This document shows, piece by piece, positions 11,304 to 22,528 of a DNA stretch of 64,000 nt (positions are counted from its first letter, which is position 1; every line of letters starts with the position of its first letter). The stretch is from contig CALCJK010000018.1 in the NCBI GenBank assembly GCA_937967455.1, forward strand, positions 70,293 through 134,292, in the 5' to 3' direction. This DNA comes from an uncultured bacterium. Its GTDB lineage: Bacteria > Bacteroidota > Ignavibacteria > UBA10030 > BY39. Both the position numbers and the translations under genes were made by a program. The notes beneath the pieces are model-generated. The model was not told where the DNA came from, did not search any database, and saw only the letters and a program-made list of their open reading frames with translations.

Positions 11304-11750
11304 ATGAAAAAAATGTTATTCATCATTTTGTTATTATTATCCTTAAATGTCTATTCACAAAATAAAGGTTTCGGCGTCGGTATAATCATTGGTGAACCAA
11401 CCGGTATCAGCCTGAAGAATTGGTTGAATACAACCAATGCAATCGATGCGGGCTTTTCATGGACATTATACAAACCAGCTCTTCACTTACATGTCGATTA
11501 CCTATGGCATTCATATAATGTGTTTAATACTAAAGAACGCATACCACTATATTACGGAATCGGTGGAAGAATAAAATTTGCGGGCAAAGATGATGCGCGA
11601 ATTGGAGTAAGGGGTGTGATAGGAATAGATTTCTTTTTGCGAAATACACCAATAGACATTTTTATGGAAATAGCACCAATCTTTGATTTAATCCCCTCCA
11701 CATCAATTAGCGGAAATGGTGGTTTAGGAATAAGATACTTTTTTAATTAA
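11304..11750 (+). CDS. Small outer-membrane beta-barrel protein
   Basis: Signal peptide; GVGIIIGEPTGISLK; amphipathic strands ending GIRYFFN. Confidence 0.65.
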   Translation: MKKMLFIILLLLSLNVYSQNKGFGVGIIIGEPTGISLKNWLNTTNAIDAGFSWTLYKPALHLHVDYLWHSYNVFNTKERIPLYYGIGGRIKFAGKDDARIGVRGVIGIDFFLRNTPIDIFMEIAPIFDLIPSTSISGNGGLGIRYFFN

Positions 11751-11755
11751 AATTC

Positions 11756-13795
11756 CTATTTTATGAAACGTTTTAACCAATCGTAAAATTCTTTATACCA
11801 ATAAATCGAATTCTGAGGCGTAAGAATCCAATGATTCTCATCTACGAAATAAACCAGACGAGCAGGAATTCCTTTGCCTTTCAACACTCCATAACATTCT
11901 AAAGCGTGATTTACAGGAACACGATAGTCCTTCTCACCATGAATTACCAGCATCGGAGTTTTAAAATTCTCTGCATACTCTGCGGGGCTCCACTTCTGCA
12001 CACTCTGTTTGTTATACCAGGGGGATCCACCATACGAACGATCTCTACCATATGTAACATCAGATGCAAACTGTGCCATTAAATTATAAACACCAGCATG
12101 ATTAATTAAGGCTGCAAACCGATCTGTATGACCTGCTATCCAGCTTACCAGATAACCACCATAACTTCCACCAGCTGCTGCCATTCGTTTTTCATCAATG
12201 AAACCCAAATTAATTAAATAATCAGTGGCTTTCATTATATCCTCGAATGGTTTTTCAGGATGTGCTCCATTTATACAATCAGCAAAGTATTGACCGAAAC
12301 TTGTAGAACCGTGAAAATTTACAAGAGCAACTATATAACCTGGAGCAGCAAACAACTGTGGATTCCATCTGAAATGAAAATCATCACCAGAAATGCTGTG
12401 TGGACCCCCATGAATTATTTGTAACAATGGCCACTTTTTAGATTCATCAAAATTAGGAGGGAAAAGAACATACATCTGAACTGAATCATCATCTGCACCT
12501 TTAAAATAATATTCCTTTGCCTTAGCCATAGCAATTTGACTCAGCAAACTGTCATTAAATGAGCTAAGTTTTTTTACATTTTTCCCATCCATACTTGCAA
12601 TAAAAACTTCATTCGGATACATAAAAGATTGATTTAGAAATACAACCTTACCGCCTTTTAATGGGTGAGGCAAATTACTCGTTCCCATTCTAACAATTTC
12701 TTTTAAATTCTTTCCATCAATGTCTATTCTGAAGATTGATTTCTTAGCACGATCTTCAACTGCGAAAATTATAGTTTTATCATCAAACGAAAGTTTCCAT
12801 TGCTCTGGTGAGCGGTCATAACTTTCATCAGTGATTTGAATTTTAGTCCCCGAATTTCGATCATATTTAATTAATCTAACCTTATCAGCATAAAAGTCTC
12901 TGATCTTTTGCATTCCATAAATCAAATACTTTCCGTTGTTTGAGTATCTGGGACCGAAATCACTGGCAATATTTTCCTTTGTAATGTTAACAAGCTTTCC
13001 TGAACCATCGGTTGGAACTATAAATATATCCATATTTAATGAATCATAAGGTGAATCTGTAGAATTAGCTGCAAAAGCAATTTCTTTACCATCTGGGGAT
13101 ATGTCAAAATCGGCACCTTCCATCAAATCAAAATAATTTTTCCAGTTAGGTAGCAAATCAATTATTTTTTTAGTTTCGAGATCTATCATAAATAATCTCG
13201 GATAATTACCATCAGTTAACCACCTATCCCAGTAACGAATTAATCTATCTTCAGATACTTTTGCCGTCACTTTACTTTTTTTCTTTTGCTCGATTACTTT
13301 TTTCATTGAATCCAGATTATTAGCTAATTCAGGAATTATATTTGCTGCAAAAGCAATTCTTTTTCCATCGGGAAACCATTTGGGATTTGAAACTCCAAGC
13401 GGCATATCTGCAATCTTTACTGCTTCACCACCACTAATTGAAATTACATATAGTTGTGAATAGTCACCTTCTCTTTTCGAAACAAATGCTATACTCTTAC
13501 CATCAGGACTCCATGCAGGTGATCCGTCCATAGCTTTGGCAGTAGTTAGCTGCTGAATATATCCTGATTGATTATCTAATATATAAATATTTGATACTCC
13601 TTTATTCTCCTCTATGTTATATGACGTAACTGTAAATGCAGAAAATTTTCCATCTCTTGATACTGTTAATGCTGAGACACGTTTTAAATTCCACAAATCC
13701 TGTGGTGTTAAAGGTTTTTTACTAATCTGTGCTAATGAAAAATTCAAATTGATTATAATTATAAAACCAATTATCAACAACTTTTTTAAAAACAT
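11756..13795 (-). CDS. S9 family prolyl oligopeptidase / acylaminoacyl peptidase
   Basis: PD40-like WSPDG repeats, IHGGPH, GGSYGG nucleophile, HGEKDYRV, ENHW. Confidence 0.9.
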   Translation of the reverse strand: MFLKKLLIIGFIIIINLNFSLAQISKKPLTPQDLWNLKRVSALTVSRDGKFSAFTVTSYNIEENKGVSNIYILDNQSGYIQQLTTAKAMDGSPAWSPDGKSIAFVSKREGDYSQLYVISISGGEAVKIADMPLGVSNPKWFPDGKRIAFAANIIPELANNLDSMKKVIEQKKKSKVTAKVSEDRLIRYWDRWLTDGNYPRLFMIDLETKKIIDLLPNWKNYFDLMEGADFDISPDGKEIAFAANSTDSPYDSLNMDIFIVPTDGSGKLVNITKENIASDFGPRYSNNGKYLIYGMQKIRDFYADKVRLIKYDRNSGTKIQITDESYDRSPEQWKLSFDDKTIIFAVEDRAKKSIFRIDIDGKNLKEIVRMGTSNLPHPLKGGKVVFLNQSFMYPNEVFIASMDGKNVKKLSSFNDSLLSQIAMAKAKEYYFKGADDDSVQMYVLFPPNFDESKKWPLLQIIHGGPHSISGDDFHFRWNPQLFAAPGYIVALVNFHGSTSFGQYFADCINGAHPEKPFEDIMKATDYLINLGFIDEKRMAAAGGSYGGYLVSWIAGHTDRFAALINHAGVYNLMAQFASDVTYGRDRSYGGSPWYNKQSVQKWSPAEYAENFKTPMLVIHGEKDYRVPVNHALECYGVLKGKGIPARLVYFVDENHWILTPQNSIYWYKEFYDWLKRFIK

Positions 13796-13900
13796 ATGTA
13801 ACTCCTTTGCTAATATTTATAAAAGCTTTTAAAGATTTTTATTTTTAACTTTTGAAAAATAATATGATTGATAAATATGACTACTTTGAAAACTTGGGGT

Positions 13901-14809
13901 TTATTCTGATGCTTCTTGTTTAAAAGCTGATTCAATTATTTTTCCTGTTACATAAGGCATTTCAAATTTTAACATTCGTGAAATCGTTGGAGCAACATCT
14001 ATTTGCTCATAAATAGTTGTATCTACGGCTCCAACTGGTGTATCAGGTCCAATTATAAGCAAACTTACATGTCTGCAACCTTCACAGTCATCACCATGAT
14101 CGTGAAAACCGGTCTTTACGCTATCAAGATGTCTGCCGTGATCATTTGTTATAAAAAGAGTAGTTTTATTCTTATAAATAGAATCATTCTGGATAAAAGT
14201 CCAGAGTTCTCCCATTAAACTATCTGCAGTTTTTATTTTTGATGTATAACTTACGAAATCTTCATCGTGAGCAGCTATATCCACACCAGCAAAATTAGCA
14301 ACTAAAATTTTGGGGTGATACTTTGTAACGACTTCTTTTATATTTTCTAAAGTTTTGCAATCATCTTCTTCTTTTTCAGAATACTTAATGGAAGCTGAAA
14401 ACTCCGGTCCATAATCAGGATGTAAACTATGTGACAACACATCAAGTTTACTTTTACCAAGGACTACATAACAAGCATTTGCAGAAGTATCTACTTGTTT
14501 GCGGTAACATTCAAAGAGGGTTGGCATCGATGGTCTCTCTGAGCCATCATTTTTTATTGATTGCCATGTTCCTGTTAAAATACTTGAATGACCTGAATTT
14601 GTTTTCGTTGTACCATTATTGTAGAATGAGCTATAAAAAGTACCAAGCGGTTTTAAAATATTCCACATAACTGGAATGTATGTATGAGTAGAGTCACCAA
14701 AAGTTTCTGAATATCTTGGACCATCAATAACTACAATAAAAACATTTTCAGTAAATTGAGAAAATGTGTTAATTGCAAAAACTAGTATTAAAAAAACATA
14801 TTTAATCAT
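13901..14809 (-). CDS. Secreted alkaline-phosphatase-superfamily protein
   Basis: VVIDGPR, SGHSSILTG, D...H, ITNDHGRH, IDVAPT; signal peptide from MIKYV. Confidence 0.7.
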   Translation of the reverse strand: MIKYVFLILVFAINTFSQFTENVFIVVIDGPRYSETFGDSTHTYIPVMWNILKPLGTFYSSFYNNGTTKTNSGHSSILTGTWQSIKNDGSERPSMPTLFECYRKQVDTSANACYVVLGKSKLDVLSHSLHPDYGPEFSASIKYSEKEEDDCKTLENIKEVVTKYHPKILVANFAGVDIAAHDEDFVSYTSKIKTADSLMGELWTFIQNDSIYKNKTTLFITNDHGRHLDSVKTGFHDHGDDCEGCRHVSLLIIGPDTPVGAVDTTIYEQIDVAPTISRMLKFEMPYVTGKIIESAFKQEASE

Positions 14810-14979
14810 AAAATTTAATTTAAAATTGATAAACTTTATATTTTTTGTAAAATAATGAATATCCAAACCATTTCAAAAAAAAATCAAACAATAAAAATTC
14901 TTTATTTTTATTAAAATTTTTAGAAAAACTCATAACTCGACGGAGAATAAAAAATTAAATCCGAAATTTAATGTTCTAC

Positions 14980-15008
14980 TTGACAATAATTTCCTTATTT
15001 ACTATATT
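14980..15008 (+). promoter_or_regulatory. Sigma70-like promoter of the cytochrome gene
   Basis: TTGACA (14980-14985), 17 bp spacer, TATATT (15003-15008); AAGGAGG RBS before ATG 15072. Confidence 0.55.
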
Positions 15009-15071
15009 GCATATAAGTTATTTGATTAATTAATTATAAAAAAATATTCAAAATAACAAAAAGGAGGGTGT

Positions 15072-16619
15072 ATGCGACATATTTTAATTTTTGTATTCAT
15101 CTTAATGATGTGTAGTTTGACTTTTTCTCAAGACTTATGGCCAGATTACGCAGGAAAACAAGCTTGTTTTGGTTGTCATATAAGCATTAAGCCGATAGAT
15201 TTAGCAGAGTTCAATAGGTCAGGCCATCCATGGAAAATTATACGTGTTGATAGTACAAAAGTTGATGTCGATGGTGTGTTTAAACCGTTTCCATCTGGAA
15301 CTAACGAGCTAGGAGTACCACTTGCCCCAGAGGCATTAGCACTTGGTTATCGTTATGATGAGCTATATCAGGATTCAAGTGTATCTTTTATGTTAGGAGG
15401 ATATGGATGGAAGGCACGCTGGATGAATAAAGATGGATATATTTTTGAAGGTACTAAAGCTCAATATAATCTTGGCACAATTCATCCTGATATGCGTGGA
15501 CATTCTTCTTATAATGCATCGCAGGTCGGGAATGCACCATTTGCTTTGCGTACACCAGTAGGAGCAATATACACATGCGGAAATTGCCATACTACTGGAT
15601 GGAAAAAATACGATCCTGTAAATTCTCCTTATCGCTTCGAGGATAGGCCAGGCTTCGACGGAACATTCTTCGAATTTGGTGTACAATGTGAAGGTTGCCA
15701 TGGTCCTGCAAAGGCTCATACTCAAAATCCAGCATCAATCAAACCACCGAAAGATGGGTTCAATATGTGTAAATCGTGTCATGCAAGGGGATTAGGTTTA
15801 CGAATACCAGTTAAGTCAGATAAACAATTTCTGGATCATCGTGAACAATATGATCAAATGTTATTTACAAAACACCGTCGTAGTGCATCTATGACTTGTG
15901 TAACCTGCCACGATCCACATAAGAGTACAGTCTATGATCTTGGTGGTTTAAAGTCGACTGCAAAAACTTGCCAACCATGCCACCAGAATAAACAAATAAG
16001 AATAATTAAAGACGGTGTAGAAATTCAACATAATGAATGTAGAGATTGCCATATGCCATACACTGGTCTTACTGCTGTAAAACAGAATAACAATCGTGGC
16101 GATTTGTCAAGTCATATATGGAAAATAAACACAAATCCGGTAACAAAACACGAAGCTATGTTTGATACAGTTAGTTTAAATGTAATTATCCCGCCAGATT
16201 CGATAGTATCCCATACACTTGACTTTGCATGTTTAGGTTGCCATACAACTCGCAATGTTACCTGGGCATCTGGTCATGCAACTGATATACACAACAAGAT
16301 AATAAGCATAACAAGTGTTACATCCAATAAGCAGATACCAAGCGCCTATTATCTTAAACAAAATTATCCTAATCCTTTTAATTCAAATACCACAATTTCG
16401 TTCGGATTACCTTCCGACGACAATGTAAGAATTGTAGTTTTCAATTCAACTGGCGAAATGGTACGAACACTGATTAATGGTAGATTCGAAGCTGGTACTC
16501 ATATCGTACAATGGGATGGTTTAGACGATGCCGGAAAGCCCGTAAGCAGTGGTGTATATCTATATAAGCTTGAAACAGATAATTATTTAGTTTCGAAAAA
16601 AATGATATTAATGAAATAA
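15072..16619 (+). CDS. Octaheme c-type cytochrome with T9SS/FlgD-Ig C-terminal domain
   Basis: Signal peptide; 8 CxxCH motifs (CFGCH, CGNCH, CEGCH, CKSCH, CVTCH, CQPCH, CRDCH, CLGCH); QNYPNPFN...SGVYLYKL...KKMILMK tail. Confidence 0.88.
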   Translation: MRHILIFVFILMMCSLTFSQDLWPDYAGKQACFGCHISIKPIDLAEFNRSGHPWKIIRVDSTKVDVDGVFKPFPSGTNELGVPLAPEALALGYRYDELYQDSSVSFMLGGYGWKARWMNKDGYIFEGTKAQYNLGTIHPDMRGHSSYNASQVGNAPFALRTPVGAIYTCGNCHTTGWKKYDPVNSPYRFEDRPGFDGTFFEFGVQCEGCHGPAKAHTQNPASIKPPKDGFNMCKSCHARGLGLRIPVKSDKQFLDHREQYDQMLFTKHRRSASMTCVTCHDPHKSTVYDLGGLKSTAKTCQPCHQNKQIRIIKDGVEIQHNECRDCHMPYTGLTAVKQNNNRGDLSSHIWKINTNPVTKHEAMFDTVSLNVIIPPDSIVSHTLDFACLGCHTTRNVTWASGHATDIHNKIISITSVTSNKQIPSAYYLKQNYPNPFNSNTTISFGLPSDDNVRIVVFNSTGEMVRTLINGRFEAGTHIVQWDGLDDAGKPVSSGVYLYKLETDNYLVSKKMILMK

Positions 16620-16644
16620 AATTATATTCTATAAGTAATATCAT

Positions 16645-16676
16645 AAGCCGGTCTGATAAACCAGATCGGCTTTTTT
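16645..16676 (+). terminator. Intrinsic terminator
   Basis: AAGCCGGTCTG-ATAAAC-CAGATCGGCTT followed by a T run, just after the cytochrome stop. Confidence 0.8.
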
Positions 16677-16944
16677 ATTAACATCCCTAAAACATAAATA
16701 GCGTACTTATCCTCAATTATAATTTCATACAAATAATTGAAAATATTTATTTCACAATGAAAGTTGTTCAGGTAACAATCTGTCAACTTATTACTTCTAC
16801 TTAAAAAGTGGTTATGTAGATATAAATCTTGCCGAGCTAAGAACTTAAAAAACGAAGAAAAAATATCAGCTTGAGCATTTGTTACAGAATAAAGTCAGGA
16901 AAATAAAAGTTTCATAAAACCTCAATTGTAAATTGTTAGCAGTC

Positions 16945-17791
16945 TCATTTTATTAAGATCATTTTTCCAGTTAAAATGTTATCCCCAACTCTTTCAGATA
17001 TGGTTTTAAGTCTATAAAAATAAATACCACTGGTTAATTTTGTTCCATCGAATTCCACTCGATACAATTTACCAGGATTTGTTCTACCTATGAATAAAGT
17101 CGAAATTTCAATCCCTAAAATATTGTATATTTTGAGTGTTGTAAAACCATCTTTAGCAATAGAAAACAAGATATCTGTTTTAGAATTGAAAGGATTTGGA
17201 TAGTTTTGTAGTAAAATGAAATCTGAATGTTGAGAAATGGAATTCTCGCTTACAGTTATCGGTTGAATTATTATTGTATCAACAGACATTGCTATACATA
17301 GTCCTGCACATTCACCAGAATCACCTCTTATCGCAATATAATGTTTTCGTAAGAAGAATAATCTCCATTTAAGATAATATATTTGAAATTAGGATTGTGT
17401 CTATACTTCATGTCTAACTCAAAAACTGTTCCACACATACATATCATAGGAATGTTTTTTACATAACCTTGAACTACAACTTAAATCGAATGTACACGAA
17501 AAACCGGACAGCCTTCAACGCAAATATCCCAATAACCTATTATCTCAACATGGAAATTGCTGTATGCAACAAAATCTATTTCGGAGTAATCTTTTGCTAA
17601 TTCAATATATCTTTTTTCTGGATCAATTCTATCAACTGAATCTAATTCAAATTTGATTCCACACATACAGAATGAACCTAAATCAGGTCTGATAAATCCT
17701 TGGATAGTATCCTGTACTCCTTGTGAGTAGGATTGTTGAAAGTTAAATGAGAGGATAGATAATAAAAAAATAAAAGAGATAATATTTTCAT
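16945..17791 (-). pseudogene. Disrupted T9SS-secreted protein with a duplicated Cys-rich domain
   Basis: RBS and ATG at 17791; frameshift in A7 run 17764-17770; in-frame TAA at 17481-17483; second frameshift near 17345; intact QNYPNPFN tail. Confidence 0.75.
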
Positions 17792-17802
17792 AATCTACTC
17801 CT

Positions 17803-20355
17803 TTATTTTACCAAAATCATTTTACCACTTAACCAATTATTGCCTACTTGTAGTTTGTAAATATACACACCACTTGCAACAGCTTTGTTGTTATCATCAG
17901 TCCCATCCCAACGAGTTAAATAATTATTTGCAGGTAAGTTACCATTTAACAACTTTCTTACCAAACGTCCGTGTATATCGTAAACATTAAGTCTAACGTC
18001 CGAATAAGCTAAATTTGCATGAATCGTAAAGGATATAATTGTAGATGAGTTGAATGGGTTTGGATAATTTTGATGCAGAACAAACTGATCAGGATTTTTA
18101 TTCGGTTTAGTGTTTAATGAAGTAAATAAATTCAGACCCAGCCCTTTAGAATTCCCGGTACTATCAGCTAAATATAAATTCACAAACGATGGTCTGTTGG
18201 ATTGCATTAAATAAGTCGACTTCCATTCTTCATCCGATAGTCGCAGGAAGTTTGTTGAAACATACTCATGATAACTCATTACCGGCCCAACAAAAGCCAC
18301 ACTGCCAACGGTTGGAAGATTGGCAACAAAAACGCCTAAATTTATTAAACCGGTCCCAGAGTGTAACACCCATCCCACAAAATTTCCATAAGCATCAGTT
18401 GGGGCTGTGTGTAAATCGGCAACTATCAAATCTTCTTTCTCAAATCCTTCGTTCCCAGTGTAATACAGTCTATAATACCAGCCCTCAATTTCCAGCCCGC
18501 AGATTTGCTGAGTAAAGAGCATTCGCTTTAAGAATGATTTTTCTGCATTAGTGAGTTGTGTATTATTTAATTCTTTTTGAGCGATTATTCCTAAAGTATC
18601 CACAACGCCCTCAAAGTATGTAAAGTAGTTAATAATCTTTGTTTTAGTGTAACTGTCGGGAAAATTGATAAGGTTGAATTTGTTTTTAGCAATTTTTGCT
18701 AAATTCTTCAATGCGTCGTAAAAAGCAGGAAAAGGCTCAACATAACTATAAGGATATGAACATCTGATTCCGCCGGTGTAGGATTGCTTTGCATAAAGCA
18801 GAACGTCGTGCCTTAGCTGAGCCCACGAAGCAAGTTGTGTATTCATCTTTTCTTGCCACCAAGCTGCAGTTTGCATAAAAGGTGGTAGGTTATCTCTCTC
18901 AAGTGGTGGATTCAGTTTACGTATGGAATTTAGCCAGAGATTAAATAAACTCACACTCCAGAAATCGGAGCCGTATGAATCTATAAGGTATCGCAGTGCA
19001 GCGAGATTGGTCCCGTAGTGATACTGTTCTAACTCGTCCTTCAAAAGCTGTGCGGATGCATTGTTACCGAGAGCAAAAAGGACATCCAATGTGGATGGAA
19101 GTATACGCGGGACTCTGAATCCGTTATAATTAATTCTGTCGAATACAACCTGACCCATAACGTAGGAATCGATGATGAATCTTTGTCCGAGAAGTAAAAA
19201 AGCCGAGGCAGGCACGATGCTATCTGGATTCATAGGGTCGTTATACAGTATCTGCGATAAAATCCGCTGTAACGCGTACGACTTTGTTTTTAATGTGTCC
19301 TGAAATTTCTGAAGTATCTCGTTATCCAAAAGTTGATTTGCGTACGAAATATTTGCTGCGGTTACAAGCTGTTGTATATTTTCGATAGTAACGTTATCAG
19401 ATTCGCCAACAAAAAATTTTATTATCTCATCAATCTCTCCGATAATTGGGAGGGCGTTAGCCAATTTAGCAGCTTCCAAAATTAATACAGCATCAATCGT
19501 CTGTCTTTTGATATCTTCCAATGGAATTCCTGTATCAATTGATTTTGGTGGAAGAAGATATATTTCTGTTCTTCCTAACCACATCATTGCTTTGAAATAT
19601 TTTGCAAGCTCAGGATAGTCGTGATTAGTATAATGCCCGCGCACATTAAATTGACTGAAATCTAATGTTCGGTATTCGCTTGAAAAAAGTGGGTATTTTA
19701 CAACTTGTTCATTTTGTATTAAACTCATTAATTGATTTACGATTGTAGTATTCTCATCGTAATATGGAATTACATCATGTCCTAACAATAAGCGAGGGAT
19801 TGTTAAATATACATCAACATCCTTCAGCGATTGTATCATAGCGTTATCTGCTGCGTAGCGTGTTGCAAGAGCTGGAATTTGTGAGTGCAGTTTTGTAAGT
19901 AATTCGCTTAATTTTGGTACAAGAATTTGGCGCTCAACATCTATGAGAATATTATCGTACGACATATGTAAGGCATGCAAGATAGCATCTGTAGAAATGA
20001 AAACCGGTAAATCCTTATGCCAAATATCGAGAAATGCATTACCAAATGTGTTTTTACTTAACCGCTCACTCACCATAAAACCATGGTTATCTATGAGCGA
20101 TTGCTCGTAGCTTGTTAGATTATATTTTAGTATAATGCTATCGAGATAAAGAGGCGATTGATTTTGTGAAATTTTAAGAGCAAAACTATCAGCGGGATGC
20201 ATATCGAGCAATTGACTGGCTGTTAAATTCTTATGACTAGTTAGGAACTGCTTGTATGCGGTGAGATCGAAGTTATCAGCTTGTGCCTGGAGACAAGTAA
20301 TCAATCCAGCTTCACTCAATAGGATAAGCCCTATGATAAAATAAATTTTTTTCAT
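17803..20355 (-). CDS. DUF3160 family protein with T9SS C-terminal domain
   Basis: PVFISTDAILH, DFSQFNVRGHYT, YFKAMMWLGR, LASWAQLRHDVLLYAKQSY; QNYPNPFN tail. Confidence 0.8.
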   Translation of the reverse strand: MKKIYFIIGLILLSEAGLITCLQAQADNFDLTAYKQFLTSHKNLTASQLLDMHPADSFALKISQNQSPLYLDSIILKYNLTSYEQSLIDNHGFMVSERLSKNTFGNAFLDIWHKDLPVFISTDAILHALHMSYDNILIDVERQILVPKLSELLTKLHSQIPALATRYAADNAMIQSLKDVDVYLTIPRLLLGHDVIPYYDENTTIVNQLMSLIQNEQVVKYPLFSSEYRTLDFSQFNVRGHYTNHDYPELAKYFKAMMWLGRTEIYLLPPKSIDTGIPLEDIKRQTIDAVLILEAAKLANALPIIGEIDEIIKFFVGESDNVTIENIQQLVTAANISYANQLLDNEILQKFQDTLKTKSYALQRILSQILYNDPMNPDSIVPASAFLLLGQRFIIDSYVMGQVVFDRINYNGFRVPRILPSTLDVLFALGNNASAQLLKDELEQYHYGTNLAALRYLIDSYGSDFWSVSLFNLWLNSIRKLNPPLERDNLPPFMQTAAWWQEKMNTQLASWAQLRHDVLLYAKQSYTGGIRCSYPYSYVEPFPAFYDALKNLAKIAKNKFNLINFPDSYTKTKIINYFTYFEGVVDTLGIIAQKELNNTQLTNAEKSFLKRMLFTQQICGLEIEGWYYRLYYTGNEGFEKEDLIVADLHTAPTDAYGNFVGWVLHSGTGLINLGVFVANLPTVGSVAFVGPVMSYHEYVSTNFLRLSDEEWKSTYLMQSNRPSFVNLYLADSTGNSKGLGLNLFTSLNTKPNKNPDQFVLHQNYPNPFNSSTIISFTIHANLAYSDVRLNVYDIHGRLVRKLLNGNLPANNYLTRWDGTDDNNKAVASGVYIYKLQVGNNWLSGKMILVK

Positions 20356-20608
20356 ATAACCTCCTAATCTTTGATTTTAATATAAGGGAATAAATTTTTA
20401 AAGTCAAATTATAAATGCACAGAGATATTTACTCTTGCTAATTCTCTCAATTTTCCTTATTTTTAAGCCCTATTTCATCAAATTTTTCCAAAAGGTACAC
20501 ATTAATTAAGAAAAATTTATAGTGTCAAAATACATAGGATGAATTTACGATTTGCTTATACATGGATAAAATCAAGTACAAATAAAAAATTAGTAATACT
20601 TTAATTCC

Positions 20609-20637
20609 TTGATTATGAACACTTTTTTCACTATATT
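20609..20637 (+). promoter_or_regulatory. Candidate sigma70-like promoter of the yceD-rpmF-fab operon
   Basis: TTGATT-17 bp-TATATT, same -10 hexamer as at 15003; AT-rich context weakens the call. Confidence 0.35.
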
Positions 20638-20702
20638 TTAAATGATTTTTTTATAAATTTGCTAATTTGAGTTGTTTTTTTGAAATTTTAGGTAATCAAA
20701 AA

Positions 20703-21263
20703 ATGAAACCTCCGAGTATAAATCACATAAAAAAAGAAAATAGTAAGTTAAAAAACTCTGACTTGATAATTAATATATCTAAACTTTCGGAGGGAATACA
20801 CAATTATCATCTAAACACTAAATCAATAAATTTAGAATTAGATGAAAGATTTAATGATAATGTAGATCTTAATGTAGTTTTAGATAAAACAGCTTCACAG
20901 ATATTACTTAAAACAGAAATTGATACAAATGGAAATTTTGAATGTGATAGATGCTTAACAACTTTTTCACAGCATATTCATACTTCATACACCCTAATGT
21001 ATCTATATCAGACACAGGAATTTGATATCGAGAATGAAATACAAATTATCAATAAAGATACAGTTTATATAGATTTAGCCGAAGATGTAAGACAATACAT
21101 ATTATTAGCAATACCGATAAAGCTACTTTGCAAAGAAGATTGCAAAGGTTTATGTCCAATCTGTGGAAAAAATTTAAATGAAGGCAGATGTGATTGTATT
21201 ATAGATGCTATAGATCCAAGATGGGAAGCTTTATCTAAACTAATTAGAAACAAGAACAAATAA
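20703..21263 (+). CDS. yceD: DUF177 (YceD) ribosome-associated protein; start uncertain (ATG 20703 or TTG 20763)
   Basis: ECDRCL, LCKEDCKGLCPICGKNLN, IDPRWEAL; directly upstream of rpmF. Confidence 0.88.
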   Translation: MKPPSINHIKKENSKLKNSDLIINISKLSEGIHNYHLNTKSINLELDERFNDNVDLNVVLDKTASQILLKTEIDTNGNFECDRCLTTFSQHIHTSYTLMYLYQTQEFDIENEIQIINKDTVYIDLAEDVRQYILLAIPIKLLCKEDCKGLCPICGKNLNEGRCDCIIDAIDPRWEALSKLIRNKNK

Positions 21264-21277
21264 TAATGGAGAAATAA

Positions 21278-21463
21278 ATGCCAAATCCAAAGAGAAGACA
21301 TTCAAACTCAAGAACAAGGAAAAGAAGAACACACTACAAAGCTTCACTACCAGAACTGGGTGAGTGTCCTAATTGCAAGGAACCAAAATTACTGCATCGT
21401 GCTTGCCCACATTGTGGATATTATAATGGTCGAACAGTACTTATTCCAAAAGAAACAAAATAG
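21278..21463 (+). CDS. rpmF: 50S ribosomal protein L32
   Basis: MPNPKRRHS..R..KRRTH, CPNC, HRACPHCGYY. Confidence 0.96.
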   Translation: MPNPKRRHSNSRTRKRRTHYKASLPELGECPNCKEPKLLHRACPHCGYYNGRTVLIPKETK

Positions 21464-21506
21464 AAATCTTAGTATAATCATTTATTAAGGATTTGTTTTC
21501 AATAAC

Positions 21507-22526
21507 TTGTTCACTAACAGCGGAAAAATAAAAATAGTAGTCGATGCAATGGGAGGTGATTTCGCACCTGCCAACATCATTTCTGGTGGAATTAATGCAT
21601 TAAAAGAAAGCAATAACAGGTTCCAGATTATTTTCGTTGGTAAAGAGGAAAGTATCTTAGAAATAATCAACAAATTACCGCACGAAAATCTTGATTACCA
21701 GATTGTTAATGCTTCTGAGGTAATTGAGATGCAGGATTCACCAACCGCTGCGTTAAAACAAAAAAAAGATTCCTCTATTACAGTCGGTTTGCAATTAGTT
21801 AAAGATAAAAAAGCAGACGCCTTTATCAGCGCTGGCAACACAGGCGCAGTTATGTCGGCATCAACAATTATTTTAGGTAGAATTGAAGGAGTAAGCCGAC
21901 CAACGATTGGAACTTTCTTCCCAACAGAAAAAGGCAAATGTTTATTACTTGATGCGGGAGCAAATGTAGATAGTAAACCACAACATTTACTCGAATTTGC
22001 AATGATGGGCTCCATTTTTACAAGTTATATTCTTGGTTATCAAAACCCAACAGTTGGTTTGCTAAACATAGGTGAAGAAAGTTCAAAGGGAAATGAGATA
22101 GCTCTCGAAACTTACAAACTTCTAAAAGAAAGCTCACTTAACTTCATCGGTAATATAGAGGGTAGAGATATATTAAAAGGAAAAGCAAATATTGTAGTTT
22201 GTGATGGATTCGTTGGGAATATTTTGTTGAAATTCGCAGAAAGTATATTATCTTTGATGAAGTTTAAATTTAAGAACTATGCTTCACAAAGTTTCTTTAA
22301 GAAACTCTGGGTTGGACTAATATATGGCACATTAAAATCCGTATTAAAAGATATAGACTATCAAGAACATGGTGGTGTTCCACTATTAGGTGTTAATGGT
22401 GTTACAATTATTGGCCATGGTGGATCGACACCTAAAGCAATAAAAAACATGATCTTTCGTGCTGAAGAGATGGTCCAAAAAGATATAAATTCACATATAC
22501 AATCAAAAATGAAAAATCTGAAATAA
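21507..22526 (+). CDS. plsX: Phosphate acyltransferase PlsX
   Basis: [44 protein letters not shown]. Confidence 0.95.
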   Translation: MFTNSGKIKIVVDAMGGDFAPANIISGGINALKESNNRFQIIFVGKEESILEIINKLPHENLDYQIVNASEVIEMQDSPTAALKQKKDSSITVGLQLVKDKKADAFISAGNTGAVMSASTIILGRIEGVSRPTIGTFFPTEKGKCLLLDAGANVDSKPQHLLEFAMMGSIFTSYILGYQNPTVGLLNIGEESSKGNEIALETYKLLKESSLNFIGNIEGRDILKGKANIVVCDGFVGNILLKFAESILSLMKFKFKNYASQSFFKKLWVGLIYGTLKSVLKDIDYQEHGGVPLLGVNGVTIIGHGGSTPKAIKNMIFRAEEMVQKDINSHIQSKMKNLK

Positions 22527-22528
22527 AT

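Noticed and set aside
16690..16915. Possible further decayed gene on the minus strand (GAGG RBS, MKLLFS*LYSVTNAQ...)
   Set aside because: Stop at codon 7 and nothing recognisable afterwards.
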